DNA from: an uncultured bacterium
GTDB taxonomy: Bacteria; Patescibacteriota; Microgenomatia; UBA1400; CG1-02-47-37
Direction of reading: 5' to 3'
Assembly: GCA_963980215.1 (NCBI GenBank)
Contig: CAXBYZ010000002.1
Span: 1,726 to 65,725, forward strand
DNA: 64,000 nucleotides
Shown: piece after piece, positions 18,438-27,189 of the stretch
Numbering within the stretch: the stretch's first letter is position 1
How the letters are laid out: each line of letters starts with the position of its first letter
The notes under the pieces: model-generated
Told to the model about the DNA's origin: nothing
Seen by the model: only the letters and a program-made list of their open reading frames with translations
Databases searched by the model: none
Program-made: the position numbers and the translations under genes

Positions 18438-19667
18438 ATGACACCAAAATCCTGGCAGCTAAAACTTTTCTACCTCATCTTATTTTTAATTCCTTCCAAT
18501 CTCGCCAAACACTTCATCCTCCCTTCATCCTACGTCTCCGGCATCTTAGTTGACTACCTCATCCCTACTATTTATCTCACTGATATTCTTATCCTCACCC
18601 TCCTTGTTTGTAACAAAGGACTGTCCTTTGTTACAGTTGTTAAATCAAGCTTTTTTGTTTTCTTGCTCTGCTTACTCCCCTCAATCATTTTCGCCTCCTC
18701 CCCAATTCCAGCTATCTACAAGTACTTAAAACTCATAGAGCTAGTCTTATTTTCCCTCTGGGTCAAACAAAATATTAATCTAAAAAAACATCTACAACCC
18801 ATTATTACTATCCTTACCCTCTCTACCCTCTTTCAATCTCTCCTAGCCTTAACTCAATGGTTCAAACAATCATCGCTTTTTGGTTACTATTTTTTGGGCG
18901 AACAACCCTTTACCTCAGCTTCAGTTGGTATTGATAAAATCACTTGGTTCACTGGCGCTATCAAAATCCCCCCTATGGGCACCTTCCCTCACCCCAATGT
19001 TTTAGGAGGCTTTTTAGCCGTAGTTTTACCGCTTATCCTCTATAAGGGTCTTAATTCCAACACAAGGTTACGAACCTTGTGTTACACCTCATTTTTGCTC
19101 GGTCTCCTCACCCTTTTTCTCACCTTCTCTCTCTCCGCTTGGTTAGCCTTTCTCTTAATCGGCCTTCCCCTCACCCTAAAGAAAATATTTAAGGTTCGGA
19201 ACCTTAAATTTATCTTTATCTACTCAGGGCTTTTCTTAATCCTCTTTTCTTTTGCTACCAAATTTACCTTTCTTGCTCCCCAAAGCTCCTTTAGCCGTCG
19301 TTCTCAACTAACCCAGATTGCTCTCAAATCTTTTACCCACTCACCCATTGTTGGTGTTGGCCTTAATAACTTTACCATTAACATGGAACACTACGGCTAC
19401 ATCACTTCCACTACTCGTTTTCTCCAACCCGTCCATAACATCTTTCTTTTAATCCTCTCCGAAACCGGCCTCATCGGCCTTGCTGGCTTTCTTTATCTTT
19501 TAGGTTCAAAACTTCAGCAATTGCGACTCCGACAAAAGTCGGAGCAAGTTTTGAACCTAAAAATATTCTTAATCCCTCTCCTCACCCTCCTCTTCCTCGG
19601 CCTCTTCGATCACTACCCTTTTACCATCCAACAAAGTTTATTGCTACTCTTTACCCTAATTAACTAA
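18438..19667 (+). CDS. Polytopic membrane protein, O-antigen ligase/polymerase (Wzy)-like
   Basis: About 10 predicted TM helices and a central loop, lying in a glycan locus. It carries four in-frame palindromic elements (18610, 19063, 19185, 19503). Confidence 0.4.
   Translation: MTPKSWQLKLFYLILFLIPSNLAKHFILPSSYVSGILVDYLIPTIYLTDILILTLLVCNKGLSFVTVVKSSFFVFLLCLLPSIIFASSPIPAIYKYLKLIELVLFSLWVKQNINLKKHLQPIITILTLSTLFQSLLALTQWFKQSSLFGYYFLGEQPFTSASVGIDKITWFTGAIKIPPMGTFPHPNVLGGFLAVVLPLILYKGLNSNTRLRTLCYTSFLLGLLTLFLTFSLSAWLAFLLIGLPLTLKKIFKVRNLKFIFIYSGLFLILFSFATKFTFLAPQSSFSRRSQLTQIALKSFTHSPIVGVGLNNFTINMEHYGYITSTTRFLQPVHNIFLLILSETGLIGLAGFLYLLGSKLQQLRLRQKSEQVLNLKIFLIPLLTLLFLGLFDHYPFTIQQSLLLLFTLIN
18610..18634. 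repeat. REP copy (GTAACAAAGGACTGTCCTTTGTTAC) in frame inside the Wzy-like gene
   Basis: Reverse-complement-centre version of the RAYT-flanking REP; it encodes CNKGLSFVT. Confidence 0.8.
19503..19557. repeat. 55-bp composite hairpin element inside the Wzy-like gene
   Basis: A copy of the 4769-4823 element with about 6 substitutions. Confidence 0.8.
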
Positions 19668-19703
19668 TATTGTATATTATTATTTGTCTTTTCTTATCTT
19701 CAT

Positions 19704-20315
19704 ATGCAAAAAAATAAGTTACTTAAAATTAGCATTCTTTGTTCACATAAAGATCCAGAAAACAAAGACAAAATCTTAATTAACTCCATTATCGATAAGA
19801 TTATTACTAACAAGCTTGATCAAAAAATCCAAATCTTTCATGGTGGTAGCATAGGTACTATGATGTATCTGAGGGACCAATTAACCCAAAACAATATCTA
19901 TAATACTGGGGTCATTTCTGATCCGTATATCAACCATGAACTAGAAAACAAATCATTTAAAGTTATTAGATATAAAAGTATTTTTTCAAGATTCGAAAAA
20001 CTTGTTCAGTCTAAAATAATCCTCACTCTTCCTAATGGTGGCGAAGGTACTGAAGCTGAACTAAGAGCTGCGTTAACTACAATTAAAGTTCTTGGTTGGA
20101 AACAAAAAAATAATTTTCCAATACTAAACTGTGAAAAAAAAACTCTATGCGTGACCGGAAAATTTATTAAACGAACAAAAAACTATTTAAACTATTGGCT
20201 TGATCAAGGCAATACAAGTTTTATCTCCCCAATTGTATCTCAATCAATTCATTACCTAAGCAATAATATTCCCAAACAGCTTATTACCATCATCAACCAA
20301 TCTATTTATTTATAA
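19704..20315 (+). CDS. LOG/TIGR00730-like Rossmann-fold nucleotide-binding protein
   Basis: HGGSIGTMMYL and LPNGGEGTEAEL resemble the GGGxGxMG / PGGxGTxEE motifs of the LOG family. Confidence 0.35.
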   Translation: MQKNKLLKISILCSHKDPENKDKILINSIIDKIITNKLDQKIQIFHGGSIGTMMYLRDQLTQNNIYNTGVISDPYINHELENKSFKVIRYKSIFSRFEKLVQSKIILTLPNGGEGTEAELRAALTTIKVLGWKQKNNFPILNCEKKTLCVTGKFIKRTKNYLNYWLDQGNTSFISPIVSQSIHYLSNNIPKQLITIINQSIYL

Positions 20316-20320
20316 GCATC

Positions 20321-20926
20321 ATGTTGCCAATTAATGAAAAAATCACTACATGGCTAAATCATCTTAAACTTAAGTTTTCCCTCCAGCAAAAAGAACAGAC
20401 AGAAATTACTATTCCTTTATCTAACAATCAAATCATATCAAGCCTTTCAAAGAATAAAAATCTAAAATTTATTTCTAAAATTCTCATTAAGGATGTTTTC
20501 CTTAATCGAACATTACCTTACAAAATAAGAATAAGATTTAAGTATCATAAGAAAAATCTTTCTGAGTTGTTAATCCTTGAATCTAAATCCAATATGCAAC
20601 TATTGCCCTCTTATCAACTAAAAACAAAAAAACTCAATGTTTATAAAATATGTCTTACAAATAATCATAACATCCAAACGAAGCTCTTAAGCTCAATCAC
20701 GGAGCAAAAACAATACCAGATTACTAAAATCAGAACAACTCTTCAATCGCATATTAATAATACTCCTATTTTTTTTGACTTCGACGCTCTCGAGCAAGTC
20801 ATAACATTCTCAAAACACTTACCTTCAATCTCTATTCCTAACTACTGTCTTGATATCGAAACTTCAAGTCAATTCGATATCAAACAATTACTTAATTATC
20901 TAAAAAAAATTGACATACATTTGTAA
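20321..20926 (+). CDS. Hypothetical protein (AT-rich, K/N/I-rich)
   Basis: An ORF whose composition differs from its neighbours. Confidence 0.3.
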   Translation: MLPINEKITTWLNHLKLKFSLQQKEQTEITIPLSNNQIISSLSKNKNLKFISKILIKDVFLNRTLPYKIRIRFKYHKKNLSELLILESKSNMQLLPSYQLKTKKLNVYKICLTNNHNIQTKLLSSITEQKQYQITKIRTTLQSHINNTPIFFDFDALEQVITFSKHLPSISIPNYCLDIETSSQFDIKQLLNYLKKIDIHL

Positions 20927-20966
20927 TATTGCACGAATACTAATCTACCATTCTAAAAAACTCCCA

Positions 20967-22712
20967 TCACATCTTTTCCGGCGCCTCTATTCCCAACATC
21001 CCCAAACCTCTCTTTAATATCTCCCCGGTTACTTTAGTCAACCACAATCTAAAATTCTTTTGCTCTTCACTCTCCGCTTTTAATATCGAGCACTTATTGT
21101 AAAAACTATTATATTTTTGGGCCAAATCATACAAGTAATTAGCTACCAAATTAGGCGCCAACTCCTCCGCCGCTTCTATAACCACTTCCTCAAACCGATA
21201 CAAACTTCTCAACACTACTTTCTCCTCCTCTTTCAAATTTTCCAGGTTCGGAACCTGGAATTTACTATCGGACTTGAGTAGTACCGACTGAGTCCGGGCA
21301 TAAGTATACTGCAAATACGGCCCCGAGTTCCCCTGCAAACTCACCGCTTCTTCCATATCGAAATTAATCTTCACCCCTGGTCCAACCTTTAAAAACGAGT
21401 ACTTCACCGCTCCCACTCCAATCATTTCCGCCGTTTTTTCGTCCACTTTATAACTAGCTTGAACTTTTTTTACCGCCTCATCCAGCAACCACCAACCAGT
21501 CACCACTCTTCCGGTTCTCGAGGACATCTTACCACCCTTTAAATCCACCAACTCATAAACCCGATGGTACTGCTTATCTTTAAACATCTTTGGATCTAGC
21601 AATTCTTCTACCTTAAAAGTCACCTCAAAAAAACTCCTCTGTTCCGGACCCACTACATGAATACACTTATCAATCTCCCCAAAATCACTAAACTCTTGTG
21701 GCGCCAAACCCAACTCCTTGGCTTCATAAGTTGCCAAGCCAATACTATTAATAAACACCCTAGTATCCAAACCATACTGAGATCCGTCAAACACCACTGC
21801 CCCTTCACTTTTCTTTAATATTCCCCTCTCCAAGGCTTTCTTTGCAATCTTTAAACCCTCACCACACTCCGACTCAAAATATAGTTTATCGTACTTAGTT
21901 CCCACCCGTTTATAAATCAGTTCAAAGTACTCCAAACTCCAATTTCTGGTCTCCTGATAAATCTCAATCACCTCCCCCTCTCCTTTACCTTCATAAATCT
22001 CTTGATTAATCTTAATAATCTCAATCTTGACTTTTTCATGCTTTTCGTAAGCCGTTGCCCCCTTAGCATAAGCCTTCCCCAAAAACTCAATTCTCTCTAA
22101 AATTGACTTACTTTTAACTAGATTGAACTCTTTTGATATAGATAAAATCCCCCACAAGGCTTTAGCAATATGAAGACCCACGTCACCTTGATAATTGACT
22201 CGTATTACCTTGATTCCCACCGCTTCAAGCAATCTGGTGATCGACTCTCCCAAGGAGATATTCCTCAAATGGCCAATGTGAAACTGTTTATGAGTGTTGG
22301 GGTGAGCATACTCCACCATCACTTTTTCACCCCACTTAGTCTTACTTTTAAACTTACCCTCTAGCACTCTTTCAGCTTCTTTGATAAGGGCATCCTCTTG
22401 GATTGATATATTAATAAATCCTGGTCCAGCAACTTCAATTTTTTTAACCAATTTCTTTGACATTTGTTCGTGTAATCTCTCAACAACCTTCTCTGCTAAC
22501 TCTCGAGGTGACCTCGGTTCCGAACTCACACCTCCAAGGTGGTGTTGCGCCTGCGGCTCACCTTGAAGGTGTGACCAAATCACCATCGCCACATTACAAG
22601 CAAAATCCCCATGAGTCATGTCTTCAGGATGCTCCACTTCAAACTCAACTTTTTCTAGCCCCATTTGACTAACTACTTCTTGGATTTGTTTTTTAATTTT
22701 ATCTTTTAGCAT
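20967..22712 (-). CDS. argS: Arginine--tRNA ligase
   Basis: The class I HIGH motif (FHIGHLRN), a KMSS-like motif (GGKMSSRTG) and a C-terminal DALR anticodon-binding region. It contains in-frame elements at 21241 and 22527. Confidence 0.9.
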   Translation of the reverse strand: MLKDKIKKQIQEVVSQMGLEKVEFEVEHPEDMTHGDFACNVAMVIWSHLQGEPQAQHHLGGVSSEPRSPRELAEKVVERLHEQMSKKLVKKIEVAGPGFINISIQEDALIKEAERVLEGKFKSKTKWGEKVMVEYAHPNTHKQFHIGHLRNISLGESITRLLEAVGIKVIRVNYQGDVGLHIAKALWGILSISKEFNLVKSKSILERIEFLGKAYAKGATAYEKHEKVKIEIIKINQEIYEGKGEGEVIEIYQETRNWSLEYFELIYKRVGTKYDKLYFESECGEGLKIAKKALERGILKKSEGAVVFDGSQYGLDTRVFINSIGLATYEAKELGLAPQEFSDFGEIDKCIHVVGPEQRSFFEVTFKVEELLDPKMFKDKQYHRVYELVDLKGGKMSSRTGRVVTGWWLLDEAVKKVQASYKVDEKTAEMIGVGAVKYSFLKVGPGVKINFDMEEAVSLQGNSGPYLQYTYARTQSVLLKSDSKFQVPNLENLKEEEKVVLRSLYRFEEVVIEAAEELAPNLVANYLYDLAQKYNSFYNKCSILKAESEEQKNFRLWLTKVTGEILKRGLGMLGIEAPEKM

Positions 22713-22755
22713 TTTGACTTAATCAATTAATTTGTTATAATATTCTTATCACGAT

Positions 22756-22810
22756 GAGAGGACTACCAAAGGAGGACCTTGCTCCCCTAGGGAATGCCTC
22801 TCTTTTTATT
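22756..22810 (+). terminator. Hairpin plus T-tract (rho-independent terminator-like) in the argS/NYN intergenic region; possible tiny + strand transcript
   Basis: The GAGAGG...CCTCTC stem is followed by TTTTTATT on the + strand. A TTGACT-16-TATAAT sits at 22714-22741, just upstream on the same strand. Confidence 0.3.
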
Positions 22811-23321
22811 GCTTCTTTTTTAATTTTTCTTTAAGCATCGAGATTACTAAAATATACTTAGCAAACCCCCTCAATAAAGAAGAGTATTTCTGGTTTGGCG
22901 CAATCACTTTATCTAGTTTACCCTTTTTTGCCAAATACTCAATCAGGCAATGAAAATCTCCATCTCCTGATACAATCACCGCCTTTTGATAATTATCAAA
23001 CTCAATCATAGCATGTAGCACTAGTTCAGCGTCCACATTGCCTTTAATTTTCACTTTTTTACCTTTACCCTTTCCACTAACTACTTCCAGGGTCGGCTTA
23101 AAAATGCAAATATAACCAACCGACTGCAAGTAAGTATATAAAGATTGATTCCCCTCTATATACCCAATAAACAAATATGTTTTCTTGACCTTGTACTTAG
23201 TCCTTAGATACTGCCTAAATCTACCGTAGTCCAATTCCCAACCCTGAGACTTAACCCCCAAGTGTAAATTCTGGGAATCAATAAAGGCGTAGTTACTTGT
23301 ATCCTTCAACAATTTTTTCAT
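22806..23321 (-). CDS. NYN/LabA-like (PIN-fold) nuclease domain protein
   Basis: AFIDSQNLHLG ... NVDAELVLHAM ... VIVSGDGDFHCLIEYL, matching conserved acidic residues of the NYN domain. Confidence 0.55.
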   Translation of the reverse strand: MKKLLKDTSNYAFIDSQNLHLGVKSQGWELDYGRFRQYLRTKYKVKKTYLFIGYIEGNQSLYTYLQSVGYICIFKPTLEVVSGKGKGKKVKIKGNVDAELVLHAMIEFDNYQKAVIVSGDGDFHCLIEYLAKKGKLDKVIAPNQKYSSLLRGFAKYILVISMLKEKLKKKQ

Positions 23322-23387
23322 AAACTTTCACTGCCATTTCTACCTTCTCTAGTTTAGCATATTCATTATGCTGATCGTACTTCCCCC

Positions 23388-24122
23388 TTACTCTCTCACT
23401 ACCCCCGCTCGCAACACAAATTTCTTACACTTCTCTGCCGCCCAATCACTTGGTAACAACTCACTTGGTAAAAACGGATCTTTGATCACCACGTCCAAGT
23501 ACTCCGAGTAAATCTTTTTCAAAAACTCCTCCCTTTTTCGTTTATCACTAATTCCAAATCGAGTGCTAAGCTTATCTATCAGCTGGTTATACTCCTTACT
23601 CACCTTATCCAATCCCCACACCTTACTTGCCAACATCTTTGGGTTGCCCAAGTGCTTCTGTTTAGCTTCCATTAGTAAAACACTTCCGGATAAACCCTTT
23701 ACTTGCAAGAAGTTCATAAAACTCTTTGAAAATTCGTAAGGGGAAATATAAGTGCTATCTTGCAATCTACCAAAACCTTGCTTCAAAATCTCTTTTCGCA
23801 AACTATCCCTACTGCTCCTCTTTCTCTCTGGAATATCAAACATAATCACTCTCCAAAATCCATCCCATTTATCTTGGTCAATTCCCAGTACCGGATAAAG
23901 GCTAAATAGCTCTTTCATCCCGGATCCTGTCAAGCGAAAGTTCATCTGGCCATTAATAATCACTTTTTGGATAAACCCGTCTCGGTACATTCGATTGCTA
24001 AGATCACGATATTTTTTCTTTGAGTACTTTGGCGGTGTCCATAAAAACAACTTATCTTTATAGCAAGCCCTCGAACCCCCGCTCACCGCCAACCCCCACA
24101 GTAATCTATCTCTAAGTTTCAT
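23388..24122 (-). CDS. PaaX-like transcriptional regulator family protein
   Basis: WRVIMFDIPERKRSSRDSLRKEILKQGFGRLQDSTYISP matches the conserved core of PaaX C-terminal / Cas2-like-fold regulators. Confidence 0.35.
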   Translation of the reverse strand: MKLRDRLLWGLAVSGGSRACYKDKLFLWTPPKYSKKKYRDLSNRMYRDGFIQKVIINGQMNFRLTGSGMKELFSLYPVLGIDQDKWDGFWRVIMFDIPERKRSSRDSLRKEILKQGFGRLQDSTYISPYEFSKSFMNFLQVKGLSGSVLLMEAKQKHLGNPKMLASKVWGLDKVSKEYNQLIDKLSTRFGISDKRKREEFLKKIYSEYLDVVIKDPFLPSELLPSDWAAEKCKKFVLRAGVVRE

Positions 24123-24159
24123 AAATATATTCTACTCCACCCGCATCAAAATTTCCACA

Positions 24160-24184
24160 TGAAGGTTCGTAACCTTCATGTAAG
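24160..24184. repeat. 25-bp hairpin element ACATGAAGGTTCGTAACCTTCATGT (second copy)
   Basis: Identical to 7939-7963; intergenic. Confidence 0.8.
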
Positions 24185-24244
24185 AATCTCACTACTCTGG
24201 AGTGGCACTTGATGACTCTCCGGAGTGGACTATATACTACCCTT

Positions 24245-25675
24245 ATGAAAATAGTCATCGGCTACCCCCCCTTAGAATCCAAAAAAGGCACCGCCCTTCT
24301 TTCTCAAAATCGCCAGTTCCAGTGGTTTTCTTCTCCCACCTACATCTATCCCGTCATTCCCGCCTCAACAGCCACTCTTTTAGCAAAAAACGGTCACCAA
24401 GTTCTCTGGCTCGACGGCATTGCCGAAAACTGGACCTACCAACAATGGTTAAAACAACTCAAAGACTTCAAACCCGACCTTTTGTTCATGGAATCCAAAA
24501 CCCCAGTCATTAAGGCTCACTGGAAAATCATCAAAGATCTCAAACGCAAGGTTCCGAACCTTAAATGTGTCTTGGTCGGTGACCATGTTACCGCCTTACC
24601 CAAAGAGTCCTTCAAACACTCGCCCGTCGACTTTGTTATCTCTGGTGGCAACTACGACCTCGCTTTACTCGATCTCGTAACCAAACTCAAAAACAAAAAG
24701 AAAGTCACTCCAATCACTTATGCCCCTTCAAACTACAACCTCACCAAGCTTCCTTTCATCGATCGAAAGCTAACCAAGTGGCACCTCTACGCCTCCAAAA
24801 ACGGTAACTTCAAGTACTTCCCCGGTACCTACACTATGGCCGGTCGGGATTGCTGGTGGCGCCAAAATGGTGGCTGTACTTTTTGTTCCTGGACCACCTT
24901 GTATCCCCAATTTTCCTCCCGCACGCCAACAAATCTCCTAGACGAAATTGGTCAATTGATCAAGATTGGAGTCAAAGAAGTTTTTGACGACACCGGCACT
25001 TTTCCCATCGGTGATTGGTTAACCAAGTTTTGTCAAGGCATGGTCAAACTCGGCTACCACAAACAAATCACTTTCGGGTGCAACATGCGTTACGGAGTTT
25101 TAACCAAAAAAGACTATACATTAATGGCCAAAGCTAACTTTCGCTTCATCCTCTACGGCCTTGAATCGGTAAACCCCAAAACCATCAAACGTTTAAACAA
25201 AGGCACCAAGCCTTCAAAAATCAAAGCCGAGCTTGAAGTTATCAAGCAAGTAAATCAGGAATTAAAAGGTCATCTAGAACCCCACGTTACTTGCATGATT
25301 GGCTATCCATGGGAAAGCTATCAGGACGCCCAAAACACCGTCAACTACACTAAATCTCTCTTCAAAAAAGGCCTCATCGACTCTCTCCAAGCCACCATCT
25401 GCATTCCCTATCCAGGCACCAAACTCTACAGCCAATGTCAAAAAAATCACTGGCTCAAAACCACCAACTACAACCACTACGACATGCGTCAACCAATCAT
25501 GAAAACCAAGATAAAAAACCAAGACCTACTCAAACTCACCAGAAACATCTACACCTCCTGTCTCACTCCAAAGTTCATCCTAAAAAAACTTTTTTCTATC
25601 AGAAACTTCAACGACCTCAAATGGTTCTACAACGCTAGCTTTAAAGTCCTCGCTCACTTACTAGATTTTTCATGA
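24245..25675 (+). CDS. B12-binding-domain radical SAM protein
   Basis: An N-terminal cobalamin-binding-like Rossmann segment (VLWLDGIAE...KCVLVGDHVTALP) followed by a Cys cluster (CWWRQNGGCTFC) and a TIM-barrel-length remainder. The start is refined to the ATG at 24245. Confidence 0.5.
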   Translation: MKIVIGYPPLESKKGTALLSQNRQFQWFSSPTYIYPVIPASTATLLAKNGHQVLWLDGIAENWTYQQWLKQLKDFKPDLLFMESKTPVIKAHWKIIKDLKRKVPNLKCVLVGDHVTALPKESFKHSPVDFVISGGNYDLALLDLVTKLKNKKKVTPITYAPSNYNLTKLPFIDRKLTKWHLYASKNGNFKYFPGTYTMAGRDCWWRQNGGCTFCSWTTLYPQFSSRTPTNLLDEIGQLIKIGVKEVFDDTGTFPIGDWLTKFCQGMVKLGYHKQITFGCNMRYGVLTKKDYTLMAKANFRFILYGLESVNPKTIKRLNKGTKPSKIKAELEVIKQVNQELKGHLEPHVTCMIGYPWESYQDAQNTVNYTKSLFKKGLIDSLQATICIPYPGTKLYSQCQKNHWLKTTNYNHYDMRQPIMKTKIKNQDLLKLTRNIYTSCLTPKFILKKLFSIRNFNDLKWFYNASFKVLAHLLDFS

Positions 25676-26487
25676 CTCACTCCATTGCCACTATTATCAA
25701 TTTTTGTAGTAACGACAAACTTTTTATCCACCACACTATCAACCAAGTTAAAAAATTCTCAAGCCAAATAATTATTCCTTACTGCGACCACTTCTACGAC
25801 GGCACTCCTGAAGATCAAAGCTTAATCTCTAAAACCATTGCAAAACACCCCACAGTTAAATTCATCCCCTTTCAATACGACCCCAATGCCACCAAAACTT
25901 TATGGCGCGGTTGGCAATTTATCTTACGCCGCCTCACCAAAACCCAAGTCTGGGGACCCCAACACTGGATCTGTCATGCCCGTTTACTAGGAACTACTTA
26001 CCTCAAAAAAAACATCAAATACGTCCTCTTTTTAGACGCCGACGAAGTCCCCGATGGCAAACGCTTTAAAGGTTGGCTAGACACCAAAAACTACCAAAAA
26101 TATAATGCCATAAAGTCTGCTAATTACTGGTACTTTAGATCACCCAAACACCAAGCCACTACCTTTGAAGACTCAAGCTTATTAGTCAAAAGAACTTCTT
26201 TAACTCAAGCCGTCTTCATGGATCACGATGAACGAAACGCTACCTACAACTCCATCCCTCACCCCAAAAAAAGAATGGTTTTAGGTTTAGACAGTAAACC
26301 CATGATCCACCACTACGGCTGGGCTAAACCCAAAGCCAATCTCCTTAAAAAAGTCAAAACCTGGGGGCACTCCAAAGACCGAAATTGGACCAAGTTAATC
26401 GAAAAAGAGTTTCAAAAACCTTTCTCCGGCACAGACTTTATCTACCACCGTCGCTTCACCACCGTCAAACCTTTCCTTCACTTGTAA
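25672..26487 (+). CDS. Hypothetical protein, possibly a glycosyltransferase (DxD-like LFLDADE)
   Basis: Its stop codon lies inside the upstream REP. Confidence 0.3.
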   Translation: MTHSIATIINFCSNDKLFIHHTINQVKKFSSQIIIPYCDHFYDGTPEDQSLISKTIAKHPTVKFIPFQYDPNATKTLWRGWQFILRRLTKTQVWGPQHWICHARLLGTTYLKKNIKYVLFLDADEVPDGKRFKGWLDTKNYQKYNAIKSANYWYFRSPKHQATTFEDSSLLVKRTSLTQAVFMDHDERNATYNSIPHPKKRMVLGLDSKPMIHHYGWAKPKANLLKKVKTWGHSKDRNWTKLIEKEFQKPFSGTDFIYHRRFTTVKPFLHL

Positions 26488-26508
26488 CAAAGGACAGTCC
26501 TTTGTTAC
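26484..26508. repeat. REP, 25-bp perfect palindrome GTAACAAAGGACAGTCCTTTGTTAC (5' flank of the RAYT gene)
   Basis: It is identical to the copy at 27165-27189. It contains the stop codon of the upstream gene and ends 9 nt before the RAYT start codon. Confidence 0.85.
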
Positions 26509-26517
26509 AATAATAAT

Positions 26518-27168
26518 ATGCCTTCCAAAAACGAACTTAAACAATACCTAAAAAATGGTTACTATCATATATACAATCGTGGGGTTGATAAAAGAATCAT
26601 TTATAAAGATGAGCAAGACTACGGTGTCTTTTTAAACTTCCTAAAATATTACCTATCTTCCCTTCCAAAACTAAATCCACTTAGAAAAATAACAATTAGA
26701 GAAAGTAAAACGTATCAAATTAGCGATTACAAATGCAAAAACTATCACCAAGCCGTCACTTTACTCGCCTACTGCCTAATGCCCAACCACTTTCATTTAC
26801 TCATCAAACAAACTGAATCCAGAAATATTGAATCTTTCATGAAATCTATTGGCACCAGATACTCAATGTACTTTAACAAACGCTATCAAAGATCTGGCCA
26901 CCTCTTCCAGGGTAGATACAATGCCGTCTTGGTTGATTCCGACGAACAACTCATTCATCTTTCTCGCTACATTCATTTAAATCCCTCTCCAAATCTTTTT
27001 AAGCAGCCTTCTAGCTATCCTGATTATCTCAACCAAAAAAACACCCCATGGCTTCAGAAGCAAGATGTCACTCAACACTTCAAAAATTCACTTGCTTACA
27101 AAAAATTCGTCCAAACTCCCGACCAATCCGCCCTCTCAATCCTCTCCAAACTCACCCTAGATTCGTAA
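26518..27168 (+). CDS. REP-associated tyrosine transposase (RAYT / TnpA-REP, IS200-like HUH Y1 transposase)
   Basis: YHIYNRG, AYCLMPNHFHLL (the HuH motif) and RYSMYFNKRYQRSGHLFQGRYNAVLVDSDEQLIHLSRYIHLNP (catalytic Tyr region). It is collinear with E. coli RAYT motifs and flanked on both sides by the palindromic REP. Confidence 0.85.
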   Translation: MPSKNELKQYLKNGYYHIYNRGVDKRIIYKDEQDYGVFLNFLKYYLSSLPKLNPLRKITIRESKTYQISDYKCKNYHQAVTLLAYCLMPNHFHLLIKQTESRNIESFMKSIGTRYSMYFNKRYQRSGHLFQGRYNAVLVDSDEQLIHLSRYIHLNPSPNLFKQPSSYPDYLNQKNTPWLQKQDVTQHFKNSLAYKKFVQTPDQSALSILSKLTLDS

Positions 27169-27189
27169 CAAAGGACAGTCCTTTGTTAC
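27165..27189. repeat. REP, 25-bp palindrome (3' flank of the RAYT gene)
   Basis: Identical to 26484-26508; overlaps the RAYT stop codon. Confidence 0.85.

Noticed and set aside
22713-22805. T-box or other riboswitch leader upstream of argS (and likewise upstream of leuS)
   Set aside because: Only ~90 nt are available upstream of argS and ~20 nt upstream of leuS. This is too short for a T-box (about 200-300 nt), and no specifier or T-box consensus is visible.
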